Made by a program: the position numbers and the translations under genes. A stretch of 63,506 nt of DNA, filler included, from Octopus bimaculoides (lineage: Eukaryota), in NCBI RefSeq assembly GCF_001194135.2. It is 6 parts of 5 records of this genome, joined end to end, with 100 filler letters (N's around TTAATTAATTAA, not from the genome) between each part and the next. Parts side by side here need not be neighbours in the genome. Positions count along the whole stretch, not along the records: positions 1 to 4,130 come from NW_026373432.1; positions 4,231 to 10,227 come from NC_069007.1; positions 10,328 to 37,208 come from NC_068982.1; 3 more parts are not named here. One strand, written 5' to 3'. A model generated the notes under the pieces. The model saw only the letters and a program-made list of their open reading frames with translations, searched no databases and was not told the origin of the DNA. The number at the start of each line of letters is the position of its first letter. Position 1 is the stretch's first letter. Positions 1-11,830 of the stretch are shown here, piece after piece.

Positions 1-79
1 AGGTTATATATATATATATATATATATATGCATCTATATATATATGCACACATATATATGTACATATATATATATATAT

Positions 80-1130
80 CAAAACAAGCAACAAGGATAT
101 CCAGAGGTAATGCAGTACGATCGTTTCATGCAATTCCATTTAATTGAACAATGCAGCTATTACATCAATTTAGATGCAGAGCAATCCTCAGCTGCCCAAA
201 GACATAGAATTTAATCAAATTAAAATAGATGGTCACATTAGTATAATTTTACTTAAAATCTCGAAGAAGTTAAGGAGATAGACAAAGAACATGCTGCCTT
301 CACTTCAGTTTAGAAGTGACTAAGGTATCAAGAAGAAAGACTTGTTACAGATTTTGCTTGTCACTGTTTTATGGGGGTCAGATTTAATTTATAGACTAGT
401 TTTATCAAATCCTTGTATATCTAAGGCTGAAAGAACAAGGGGCAGTGTCTGTTAGGGGTAGGTCTGTGGGAGACGACAGAAATCATAGTGGGTATGGTCA
501 TAAAAAATCAAGATTTATTAGAAGCAATATCATGAGATTTGGTAAAGGAAAACTTAAATCAAGATGTTAGCTAACAATTAAGGGGGCCGGCCACTAGCAG
601 ACCATTGATAATGAAACAGGGGAAATATTTTATCATGTAGTACTATAGTTAGATATTTAAAGCAATATTGCTATATTGTATAAAGTTAAAGTTTGGGGTT
701 TAAAAAGAATATTGTAAAAAAAGGATAAAATGTTTTTTGAATACTTTTGAGTATATACCAAACTTTTACCAAGGAAAAGAAATTATCTAGAAGTAGTTTA
801 ATATTTATACATATTATATAATGAAACACTAAATTATCAGCTGGTATCGGTGAGTATTGATCAATTTGTATATACAGGTATTTAATTAAGTAATACTGAA
901 GTAAAAAACCATGCTAACAATATATTAATTAAATTATAATCTAAGCAGTTTCTTATAAGTAGTGAATATACCAGTATTGTTTTATATAAGCTAAGTATGA
1001 ATTTATAGAGGTACAAAAATTAGATTTATTTTATAAATAAATAAAGGCTATTATAAAATAATAAAGAAATAAAATAATCAGGTAGGGCAGAACACCATAG
1101 AAAAGGAATAAAATAGCTTAATCACTAAAA
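80..1130 (-). mobile_element. Highly decayed Penelope-like element 3' portion (RT C-terminal remnant plus terminal repeat)
   Basis: Minus-strand residual peptide NIKLLLDNSFP resembles the PLE RT C-terminal IKxxLxxNGYP motif; many stops; a hammerhead lies downstream in the same orientation. Confidence 0.45.
112..195 (-). ncRNA. Type-I minimal hammerhead ribozyme (PLE-associated)
   Basis: Minus strand: GCAG-CUGAGGA-U-UGC...GCA-U-GAAAC-GAUC-GUA-CUGC; stem I GCAG/CUGC, stem II UGC/GCA with long insert, palindromic helix III ACGAUCGU, GUA cleavage triplet. Confidence 0.7.
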
Positions 1131-1221
1131 ACATGATAAATTATATGCAGATTATTAACAACAATAGAGAAGATTTATAGAAAATGTATAATAATTCAAA
1201 ATATATTAAACTAAGAATTAT

Positions 1222-1264
<43 letters not shown>

Positions 1265-1981
1265 AATATGTATGTATGTATGTATGTATATNNNNNNNNN
1301 NNNNNNNNNNNNNNNNNNNNNNNNNNNNNNNNNNNNNNNNNNNNNNNNNNNNNNNNNNNNNNNNNNNNNNNNNNNNNNNNNNNNNNNNNNNNNNNNNNNN
1401 NNNNNNNNNNNNNNNNNNNNNNNNNNNNNNNNNNNNNNNNNNNNNNNNNNNNNNNNNNNNNNNNNNNNNNNNNNNNNNNNNNNNNNNNNNNNNNNNNNNN
1501 NNNNNNNNNNNNNNNNNNNNNNNNNNNNNNNNNNNNNNNNNNNNNNNNNNNNNNNNNNNNNNNNNNNNNNNNNNNNNNNNNNNNNNNNNNNNNNNNNNNN
1601 NNNNNNNNNNNNNNNNNNNNNNNNNNNNNNNNNNNNNNNNNNNNNNNNNNNNNNNNNNNNNNNNNNNNNNNNNNNNNNNNNNNNNNNNNNNNNNNNNNNN
1701 NNNNNNNNNNNNNNNNNNNNNNNNNNNNNNNNNNNNNNNNNNNNNNNNNNNNNNNNNNNNNNNNNNNNNNNNNNNNNNNNNNNNNNNNNNNNNNNNNNNN
1801 NNNNNNNNNNNNNNNNNNNNNNNNNNNNNNNNNNNNNNNNNNNNNNNNNNNNNNNNNNNNNNNNNNNNNNNNNNNNNNNNNNNNNNNNNNNNNNNNNNNN
1901 NNNNNNNNNNNNNNNNNNNNNNNNNNNNNNNNNNNNNNNNNNNNNNNNNNNNNNNNNNNNNNNNNNNNNNNNNNNNNNNNN

Positions 1982-3206
1982 TGGGGAAGCAAAACTTGCA
2001 AAATTGCTGTAATGTTTGAAACTCTCATCGCGCATCAAAATGTTTAGTCATTCAAAAGTAGATTAATAACATTCACATACAATTATAAAATAAATCATTT
2101 ACTTTATACGGCTTCCATTCTTTTCAATTACAGCTTCCACACTATCTCAGGACCCCACTCAGCTCTTCCCTGCAAAGTTACTGAACATCCTGGCCCACTC
2201 CTCATTGATTGCAGTCTTCAGAGACTTCATGGTCGGGTGGGATATTATGTTCGTGGCATATTCCAAAATGCCCGATATGGTATAATCCAGAGGATTGAAA
2301 TCAGGGCTTCAAGGCGGCCAGAAGTCTGCAGACCAGAAAGCAGTAAAGTTGGATTTGCAGAAATTCTGTACCTTCTTGGCAGTATGGCTGGGAGCACCTC
2401 CTGGGTCCACATATACTTGCCCTCTAGGTACTTGGCCTTGAGCCAGGGCAAGATATAGTACCCTAGCGTCTTTAAGTAGACATCAGCAACCACCTTTTAT
2501 CTGGGCTTTTATCTTTCTTCCATCAGAGGTCACAACATCGAAGGTCATGACCTGGACTGAATATTCTGTTCTTAAGGTGCCCTTGACATCAGCTGTTGAC
2601 TCTCAGCTTGTCATTTCTGTGGTTCACAATGGTATCAACTGTGAATATCTTCTTGTCACAGAAAATTTTCACTGTGGACCCATTCTTCTTGAGGTATGTG
2701 AGAACCTTTTTGCACCTTTGCAGGCTCCTGGCCTTCAGAGGTTCTGTCAGCAGGTGTCTCAGTGCCCTGGTGTAGGACTTGAGGTGAAAGTAATCATTCA
2801 CAACTTTTCTGATGGTCTACTTCAAGTTCAGAAGTGAGCTTCCTCATGTATCTGGTTGGGTCCATTGAAACTTTAGACTTGAAGGTGTTGATGAAGTCTT
2901 GTTTCCAATTCTCTGAATGCTATTGCTTATGTCCATTCTCTTCTTGACATTGTAAATTGTGTGTACAGATACTTGGTTTGTGCTTCAAATCCTCTTCGGA
3001 TCAACTTGTACATGGACCAAATCACATACTCTTTGGTGTTTGTCTTCCTGTGCAGTCATATTCTCCATTATTCCTGCAAAAACTGAGTTTATTATTAGCT
3101 GACAATGTATTCTTTGTTCTGCATTAGGTTTCACGTCATTTGGTGCAGTGGTTGCTGTGAAATATTAGTGCAACTTTTCATGCAACTTTTGCTTCCCCAT
3201 CCTGTA
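1982..3206 (-). mobile_element. Full-length Tc1/mariner transposon of DD37D (maT) type, transposase pseudogenised
   Basis: TIRs tggggaagcaaaacttgca (1982, cut by gap) and tgcaacttttgcttccccatcctg+TA (3181-3206); broken transposase 3068->2099 with HTH start MENMTAQEDKHQRV, KIFCDKKIFTVD, and Q[D]GAPSH...WPP*SPDFNPLDY with 37 residues between second and third D after correcting a 1-nt frameshift. Confidence 0.9.
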
Positions 3207-3708
3207 TANNNNNNNNNNNNNNNNNNNNNNNNNNNNNNNNNNNNNNNNNNNNNNNNNNNNNNNNNNNNNNNNNNNNNNNNNNNNNNNNNNNNNNNNNNNN
3301 NNNNNNNNNNNNNNNNNNNNNNNNNNNNNNNNNNNNNNNNNNNNNNNNNNNNNNNNNNNNNNNNNNNNNNNNNNNNNNNNNNNNNNNNNNNNNNNNNNNN
3401 NNNNNNNNNNNNNNNNNNNNNNNNNNNNNNNNNNNNNNNNNNNNNNNNNNNNNNNNNNNNNNNNNNNNNNNNNNNNNNNNNNNNNNNNNNNNNNNNNNNN
3501 NNNNNNNNNNNNNNNNNNNNNNNNNNNNNNNNNNNNNNNNNNNNNNNNNNNNNNNNNNNNNNNNNNNNNNNNNNNNNNNNNNNNNNNNNNNNNNNNNNNN
3601 NNNNNNNNNNNNNNNNNNNNNNNNNNNNNNNNNNNNNNNNNNNNNNNNNNNNNNNNNNNNNNNNNNNNNNNNNNNNNNNNNNNNNNNNNNNNNNNNNTAT
3701 ATATATAT

Positions 3709-4082
3709 ATTCCTTTATTCCTTTACTTGTTTCAGTCACTTGAATGTGGTCATGCTGGAGCACCACCTTTAGTAGAACAAATCAACCTGAAAACTTATTC
3801 TTTGTAAGCCTATTACTTATATTCTATCGGTTCTTGTTGCTAAACTGCTAAATTACGGAGGTGTAAACACACCAACATCAGTTGTCAAGTGATGGTGGAG
3901 GGAGGGGTGACAAACACAGACACATAAATATGATGGGCTTCTTTCTTTTCCATCTACTGAATCCACTCACAAGGCTTTGGTTGGCCTGACGCTATAGCAG
4001 AAGACATTTGCACAAGGTGCCACACACTGCAACTGGACCCGGAACCATGTGGATGGGAAGCAAGCTTCTTATCACACAGCCA
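3709..4082 (-). mobile_element. tRNA-derived SINE family A copy
   Basis: Shares body (actcacaaggctttgg...gaagacatttgcacaaggtgc) and tail with copies at 4905, 10500, 26524, 49138. Confidence 0.8.
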
Positions 4083-4130
4083 AACACACAAACATATGTG
4101 CATACATATTAGAGTCTACCTCTCTCTCTC

Positions 4131-4230
4131 NNNNNNNNNNNNNNNNNNNNNNNNNNNNNNNNNNNNNNNNNNNNTTAATTAATTAANNNNNNNNNNNNNN
4201 NNNNNNNNNNNNNNNNNNNNNNNNNNNNNN
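4131..4230. other. Artificial scaffold-joining spacer N44-TTAATTAATTAA-N44
   Basis: 12-mer at 4175-4186 between exactly 44 N on each side; palindromic, TAA in all six frames. Confidence 0.95.
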
Positions 4231-4497
4231 GGGCACTGGCAACGATCTCGCTCGAAAATCCTACAGGAGCCAGTCAGGCGGTACTGGCAACGGCCACGCT
4301 CAAAATGGTGCATCTCATGTGCCAACCGCACAAGAACCAGTCCAGGGGCACTGGCAACGATCTTACTTGGCTTGCCGGGTCTTCTCACGCACAGCCCATT
4401 TCCAAAGGTCTCGGTCCGTAGTCATCGCCTCGGTGAGGCCCAATGTACGAAGGTCTTGCCTCACCACCTCAGCCCAGGTCTTCCTGGGCCTACCTCT
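4231..4497 (-). mobile_element. RTE-clade LINE 3' end
   Basis: Minus peptide RGRPRKTWAEVVRQDLRTLGLTEAMTTDRDLWKWAVREKTRQAK* typical of the RTE ORF C-terminus; 3' UTR with repeated ggcactggcaacg. Confidence 0.85.
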
Positions 4498-4904
4498 ATA
4501 TATATATGTATATATAATTATAAATGTGAAATTCTGTCTGTCCGGGACCACTCTATCGTAGTGTACATTTGCTCTACATAGGCATATTATACCTTTTTGG
4601 AATCGGAATGATCCCATGATTGAAAATCTGCCCTTCATTTCGATCTTGAACAATCCAGCATTGGGATCAGATCTGGATGAGAGTTTGTTATATGCTAACA
4701 TTTGAAAATTAGAATTTTAAAAGAACTCAAAAACATTGGGAATCTAAAAGTTACTGAATTTCAAGTAATACCATATTGGCCGAGTACCAATAAATGCTTT
4801 ATTATTATTGCTCTCTTTAGTTTTGGGCTACGGACCCTATCAGACTTCTGCAGGGTCTTGCTTGAAGTCCTCACAGAGTGCAGCTTTTAAGCTGGTATAT
4901 ATAT

Positions 4905-5294
4905 TACTCTTTACTTGTTTCAGTTATTTGACTGCAGCCATGCTGGAGCACCGCCTTTTTAGTCGAGCATATCGACCCCGGGACTTATTCTTTGTAAGCC
5001 TGGTACTTATTCTATCGGTCTCTTTCGCCGAACCCCGCTAAGTGATGGGGACATAAACACACCAGCATCGGTTGTCAAGCAATGCTAGGGGGACAAACAC
5101 AGACACACAAACACACACACACATATATATATACGACGGGCTTCTTTCAGTTTCCGTCTACCAAATCCACTCACAAGGCTTTGGTCGGCCCGAGGCTATA
5201 GTAGAAGACACTTGCCCAAGATGCCACGCAGTGGGACTGAACCTGGAACCATGTGGTTGGTAAGCAAGCTACTTACCACACAGCCACTCCTGCG

Positions 5295-5298
<4 letters not shown>
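4905..5298 (-). mobile_element. tRNA-derived SINE family A, near full length
   Basis: Minus 5' head aggcgcaggagTGGCTGTGTGG (A box)...GGTTCAGTCCC (B box); tail gtgctccagcatggctgcagtcaaataactgaaacaagtaaagag. Confidence 0.9.
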
Positions 5299-5334
<36 letters not shown>

Positions 5335-5586
5335 CATAATTTTCTGCANNNNNNNNNNNNNNNNNNNNNNNNNNNNNNNNNNNNNNNNNNNNNNNNNNNN
5401 NNNNNNNNNNNNNNNNNNNNNNNNNNNNNNNNNNNNNNNNNNNNNNNNNNNNNNNNNNNNNNNNNNNNNNNNNNNNNNNNNNNNNNNNNNNNNNNNNNNN
5501 NNNNNNNNNNNNNNNNNNNNNNNNNNNNNNNNNNNNNNNNNNNNNNNNNNNNNNNNNNNNNNNNNNNNNNNNNNNNNNNNNNNNNN

Positions 5587-5625
<39 letters not shown>

Positions 5626-6358
5626 CATAATTTTCTGCACAAATCTGCTTATGATACCTTAGCTGACACTTAATGATCAGAAACTTAGTGAACAACTGCT
5701 CTGTCCCTTTGGTGATTTGCATGTTGTCTTTTACACCGATGTCTAAATGAAACTGTAGAAAATATGGTTTGTTGTCTAGTCCACGTTGTTGCTGTAGGCA
5801 TAGAAAAAAAAATAGCTCGTAGATGTAGATTTTTTTTTTCTGGTGACCATTTGAGATGTCTTTATTTGTCTGCGTCAACATTGGGTAGCATAAATGTTTG
5901 TTATTATTTTAATGTCATCATTTTATTTAAGTTTCAGTCGACCACGTTTGCTCACAAGGTTTTGGGTGGCCTGGGGCTATACTGAAACACTTGCCCGAGG
6001 TGCTAGAGTGGTGTGCTGTAGAACTAAATCTGAAACAATATGGTTGGGAAGTGAATTCCTCAGCCTACATATGCATATATATACACATGTTTGTGTGCGT
6101 GTGTTTTATCTTGCTGGAGAAACATGTTGTGGCTTGCCGTTTTGCAGTCCCTGAACATCTTATGAGGCTGGTGATTTTGTCTGGCTATTCAAGTTATATT
6201 TTTTAGCTCCTATTTCTAGCAATTGCTGGTGCTATTTTGCATCCTTATTTATGTGTTTTGCCTTTTTGGTTTTTTAATTGCTATGGCCACCTATATTATA
6301 GTGTAGTTGATACATCATAATATATTAATTTATTGTTATAATATCTTATTATATTTTG

Positions 6359-6403
<45 letters not shown>

Positions 6404-7339
6404 ATGAAAATGAGTGCTCAATACCACATTGGTGGATAGATTTTTTTTTATTTGTGTATTAAGGCTACCATGGAGATGAACAGCATTCCTCCATGTGATT
6501 GACTTGAAAAATTAAGATATTAAGATATTTTTCTTGACATAAAGCAAATGGTTGCCTTAATACACAAATATATATATATATATATATATGGCAAGCTTCT
6601 TTTAGTTTCCATCTACCAAATCCACTCACAAGGCTTTGGCCAGCCTGAGGCTATAGTAGAAGACACCTGCCCAAGGTGTCNNNNNNNNNNNNNNNNNNNN
6701 NNNNNNNNNNNNNNNNNNNNNNNNNNNNNNNNNNNNNNNNNNNNNNNNNNNNNNNNNNNNNNNNNNNNNNNNNNNNNNNNNNNNNNNNNNNNNNNNNNNN
6801 NNNNNNNNNNNNNNNNNNNNNNNNNNNNNNNNNNNNNNNNNNNNNNNNNNNNNNNNNNNNNNNNNNNNNNNNNNNNNNNNNNNNNNNNNNNNNNNNNNNN
6901 NNNNNNNNNNNNNNNNNNNNNNNNNNNNNNNNNNNNNNNNNNNNNNNNNNNNNNNNNNNNNNNNNNNNNNNNNNNNNNNNNNNNNNNNNNNNNNNNNNNN
7001 NNNNNNNNNNNNNNNNNNNNNNNNNNNNNNNNNNNNNNNNNNNNNNTTTCAATCATTGGACTGTGGCCATGCTGGGGCATCACTTTGAAAGATTTTTGTC
7101 AAACGAATCAATCTTAGTATTTTGTGTGTGTGTGTGTCTTATTTTTTTTTGTGTGTGTGTTTTTTATATAGTTTTAGGGAAAAGAACCAAGGTTCATGAA
7201 CTCATCGATGAAAATCCACTGTCACATATATTTTACTCTGTAAAGCTCAATTTAATTTTAATTTTTTATAAATTGATTTTAATTGAGTTTTTACCTGTAC
7301 TTTTGGATTTTGTCCCTAATATTATTATATATATATATA

Positions 7340-7700
7340 CAGGGTGCAGATGGTATTTGAGGACAGATATATGGTTTAAAAAAAAACTCTTATATAATAA
7401 CAGAAAAGAACCTGTATTTTTATAAAAATAACATAAACATAAAGGTAAATTATCAGTTTAATAATTTCATTCAATAAAACCACCATAAGCATTAATAACT
7501 GCCTCTACTTGGGGGTCAAAATAGTTTACAAGTTCAGATTAAGTTCTCCTTGTTCATATCGGATATGTCTTGAACTATGGTGGCTTTCAAAGAATTTTTG
7601 TTGCTATGGATGTGTTTATTGAGATTTTTCTCAAAGATCTACTTGAAACCACAGAGTGGTTGCAAAGTGGCTTTCTTAATCCTTCAGCCATGCATCTGAA
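7340..7700 (-). mobile_element. Truncated Tc1/mariner-superfamily element (transposase C-terminus plus one TIR)
   Basis: TA-cagggtgcag terminus at 7340; minus peptide NKHIHSNKNSLKATIVQDISDMNKENL...VEAVINAYGGFIE*. Confidence 0.65.
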
Positions 7701-7887
7701 AACCATAAATGTTGTTATTTCTGTTTCAGTTAGTGATGACAACTGTCTGCCTATTTGCACCTGCCCTCTTTTCCTGCAGCCAATTCACCTGTGCAGAAGG
7801 TCAGCCAAGCAACATCAAGTAAGTCTTTTTGCTACTCAAATTGCATCTCTCACCTGAAACAAATTTTCTTTTGTCACCTTTTAAAAC

Positions 7888-8267
7888 CATCATCATCATC
7901 GTTTAATGTCCATTTTCCATGCTGGCATTGGGTGAACGGTTTGACTGAGGTCTGGAGAGCCACTGGCTGCACCAGGTTCCAATCTGATCTGGCAATGTTA
8001 GGATTGTGGGTAAGGCCAGAACAATGCGAAGGAAATGTAAGGTAAATCACAAGAAAACAACGCCTGACTGGCCTTCGTGCTGGTGGCACATGAAAGCACC
8101 CACTACACTCTCGGAGTGGTTGGCATTAGGAAGGGTATCCAACTGTAGACACTCTGCCAAATCAGATTGGAGCCTGGTGTAGCCATCTGGTTTCACCAGT
8201 CCTTAGTCAAATCGTCCAACCCATGCTAGCATGGAAAGCGGACGTTAAACGATGATGATGATGATGA
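7888..8267. repeat. Inverted pair of an interspersed repeat ending in ggacgttaaac(GAT)n
   Basis: 7888-7994 is the approximate reverse complement of 8155-8267. Confidence 0.8.
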
Positions 8268-8879
8268 TTACCTTGTATTCAATATTTCGGGGTTATGACC
8301 CCATTTTCAAGAAATTAACGAATGTTGCTGATGTGTGTGTGTGTGTGTGATCTGACTGNNNNNNNNNNNNNNNNNNNNNNNNNNNNNNNNNNNNNNNNNN
8401 NNNNNNNNNNNNNNNNNNNNNNNNNNNNNNNNNNNNNNNNNNNNNNNNNNNNNNNNNNNNNNNNNNNNNNNNNNNNNNNNNNNNNNNNNNNNNNNNNNNN
8501 NNNNNNNNNNNNNNNNNNNNNNNNNNNNNNNNNNNNNNNNNNNNNNNNNNNNNNNNNNNNNNCGTCATGGAGTGTCTCCAACACGACCTATTACACTAAC
8601 GAGACATATAACGAAGGTCAGCACGTATGTTTTTTCTTTCTTTTTTGTTTTTCCCTTTAAATCCTCCTCTGCCTTCTCTTTTCGTCTTCATCCCACTCTT
8701 CCTTGCCTCTTTTTCCTTCTCTTCCTCATCAATAATAATAATAATGATAATAATAAGAGCACTCAGAGAGCGCAAACCTCCGCCAAGGTAACACCAACAT
8801 CCTCTCAACGATTAACCAGAGATGATTTTTAAAATGAGAATATCTGAAATAAACTCAACTGCTCTCCCAAGCGAGAATA

Positions 8880-9024
8880 CTAAACTGGTCCTTAGTTTAT
8901 TGACCCTGAAAGGATGAAAGGTAAAGTTGACCTCGGTGGAATTTGAACTCAGAATGTAGCGGCAGATGAAATACTGCCAAGCATTTCGCCCGGCATGCTA
9001 ACCATTCTGCCAGTTCACCACCTT
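8880..9024 (-). mobile_element. tRNA-derived SINE family C fragment
   Basis: Minus head aaggtggtgaactggcagaatggttagc...ttctgagttcaaattccaccgaggtcaac; shared with 18690, 21555, 62970. Confidence 0.8.
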
Positions 9025-9025
9025 A

Positions 9026-9064
<39 letters not shown>

Positions 9065-9159
9065 CTATACTATAATGGAGAAAGCTGCTTATTAATTAGG
9101 TATGTAACGATTACTAAAAGTACTAAAAGAAAGCAATTATTAAAGGGTTGATCGTCTGG

Positions 9160-9424
9160 AAGGCGCATGGCTCAGTGGTTAGAGCATCAAGTTTACGATC
9201 GTGAGGTTGTGAGTTCGAATCCCGGACTGGGCTGTGTGTTGTGTTCTTGAGCAAGACACTTTATTTCACGTTGCTCCAGTTCACTCAGCTGTAGAAAGGA
9301 GTTGCGACGTCACAGGTGCATGGGTGACTGCTGGTCTTCCATAAACCACCTTGTCCGAACTTGTGCCACGAAGGGTAACTTTCTAGGTGCAATCCCATGG
9401 TCAGCAATGACCGGAGGGAGTCTC
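9160..9424 (+). mobile_element. tRNA-derived SINE family B
   Basis: A box TGGCTCAGTGG, B box GAGTTCGAATCCC, body gtgttcttgagcaagacactttatttcacgttgctccagt shared with 52400, 56310, 57794. Confidence 0.85.
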
Positions 9425-9685
9425 AGCAGCAGACCGCCTTGAAATATTTTTATAAATACAAATTCTAAGAAATTTCCTGCAATTTCAATTTCTCAAATTT
9501 TCTTGAATTTTTAAAACTCCAGTTTCTTACAAATTTAAATATTCATTTGCTATTTGGGAAATCCGACAGCTTATTCTGTTAGATGTTGTGTTTTTGTGTT
9601 TTGAAAACATCTCAGCAGACTGAGACATTATTGTTTAATCATTCTCCAGTTTTTTCTTTTACTCTTTATTCTTTACTCATTCCAG

Positions 9686-9857
9686 TTGCAACCCTCTTGT
9701 TCTGGACTGGAGAAGATGCTGTCAAACATCTGTTCTCTCGAGAAACACCATTTGAGTTTGGTTACGTCTCCCTCTGTTCTGTCTTACCATTTTATTTCCT
9801 GATGGTATGCTGGGCATCTGGAACTGCTGTGTCTGCTGGAATCCTAGTGCCAATGCT
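9686..9857 (+). CDS. Internal exon of a CLC-family chloride channel/H+-Cl- exchanger (CLC-6/7-like branch)
   Basis: Polypyrimidine-ccag acceptor at 9685, gtaagt donor at 9858; ATLLFWTGEDAVKHLFSRETPFEFGYVSLCSVLPFYFLMVCWASGTAVSAGILVPML aligns by eye with CLCN6/7 (..ATLFF..LF....LALF..YFLLACWTYG..VPSGLFVPSL). Confidence 0.88.
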
Positions 9858-10227
9858 GTAAGTTTACCATTATACTAATTCTGTTAAAAGAATCTCATTC
9901 CATCTCAATTATCTGTATATTTAATCCATTTCATTGTTTAATAGTTTGGCCTGTTAAATATTTAAACCTGACTTCTCTCTCCGTCCATTTGTTCTGTCAT
10001 ATCTCATAGTTAATCATTTTAATATTTCTTTTATTAAATATTAACACTAACTTATCTATCTGCAGAGAATAGTAACCTAGAAATAACAGCCAACCTCTTC
10101 ACTTATGTCAGTCTTTCCTATTCACATCAAACTCCCTCACTCACATAAATCTTCTATGCTCACATAAAATCTTCTCTGCTCACATAAATCTCTCTTACTC
10201 ATTTCGATTTCCCCCACCACTCTCCCC

Positions 10228-10327
10228 NNNNNNNNNNNNNNNNNNNNNNNNNNNNNNNNNNNNNNNNNNNNTTAATTAATTAANNNNNNNNNNNNNNNNN
10301 NNNNNNNNNNNNNNNNNNNNNNNNNNN
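10228..10327. other. Artificial scaffold-joining spacer
   Basis: N44-TTAATTAATTAA(10272-10283)-N44. Confidence 0.95.
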
Positions 10328-10499
10328 ATATATCTCGGAGGGACAGGAAATTCGTTTAATCAACGGCCAACAAGAATGCCTGGTTGAGTTTTGTCAAAAA
10401 TTTCAACACAAAAGTTAGCCACATGCTTTATAGGTAGTTACAGTATTTCCTTGTTTTCTATATACCAGAGGCGAATAGCAATATAATGTATACATTTAT

Positions 10500-10895
10500 A
10501 GGCGCAGGAATGGCTGTGTGGTAAGTAGCTTGCTTACCAACTACATGGTTCTGGGTTCAGTCCCACTGCGTGGCACCTTGGCCAAGTGTCTTCTACTATA
10601 GCCTCGGGCCGACCAAAGCCTTGTGAGTGGATTTGGTAGATTGAAACTGAAAGAAGCCTGTCATATATATGTATGTGTGTGTGTGTGTGTGTTTGTGTGT
10701 CTGCGTTTCCCCCCCCCAGCATTGTTTGACAACCAATGCTGGTGTGTTTACGTCCCCGTAACCTAGCCTTTCGGCAAAAGGAACCGATAGAATAAGTACT
10801 AGGCTTACAAAGAATACGTCCTGGGGTCGATTTGCTCGACTAAAGGCGGTGCTCCAGCATGGCCTCAGTCAAATGACAGAAACGTGTAAAAGAGT
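10500..10895 (+). mobile_element. tRNA-derived SINE family A, full length
   Basis: ggcgcaggaatggctgtgtgg head, gggttcagtccc B box, ggcggtgctccagcatggc tail. Confidence 0.9.
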
Positions 10896-11712
10896 ATATG
10901 TATTTAGGTATATGCATTGGTGCAGCTGTATGTATTCATATAGACGAAATAAAAATATGCTTTTATAAATATATAGGTAAACACACGCCCACCCGCACAA
11001 AAGCACACACACACACATATATATATATATTTAAGTCTTTATATGTGTGTTTGTCCGTGCACATACATATGGCATTTGTAAGTGTTCGTACTAATTAATG
11101 TCTATCTATTATGCCAATAAAATAAATTTTGATGACCTTTAATTTTGTTTTGTATGCTGGTAGCAGTAGATTTGGATAGAGAGGAGCTGATATAGAAGTT
11201 GAGGAAGGTAGAGAAGCCATTATTATTTGGGATAAAGTAAAGAGAGCCTTGTCTAGATCGCTGAGTTCCAACGTCATTTTATAAAAAGTAAATGAAGGTA
11301 AATAAATTAACAAATGAATGCAAAAATAAGCTGATTTAAGTTAGTGATTATCAGCTGTCAACACCATTATCATCACTCAGTGTGGAATATCAAAGCATTA
11401 GATGGAAGATTGCGATATAATTTGAAGTCAATGAAAAATGTTTATGTGAGTAAAGTTTCAAGTTATAGAAGAAATATTAATAATAAACTCTTCAACATTT
11501 CATGATCATACTTTATGTATACATGCATACAATGTATGTATGCATGTATGTATGTATGTATGTATGTATGTATGTATTTAGTTTATTTCAAGATTTCTTG
11601 CAAATAGAGAAAGAGCCGGTTTCTAACCTAGATCCAAGGCTGATTCATTGGAATTTCAACATCAGCAACAAGTTATTTTTGTATGTATGTATGTATGAAA
11701 GTATTTATGTAA

Positions 11713-11743
<31 letters not shown>

Positions 11744-11830
11744 TGTATGTATATGTTCACACGTGTATGTTTTACTTTCTGTATGTATCCTCATGCATAT
11801 AGTTACATATTTAGACATGCTTTTATATAT

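Noticed and set aside
9160-9240. tRNA genes at SINE heads (also near 10500, 14095, 54467)
   Set aside because: A/B boxes present but no full cloverleaf; continuous with SINE bodies.
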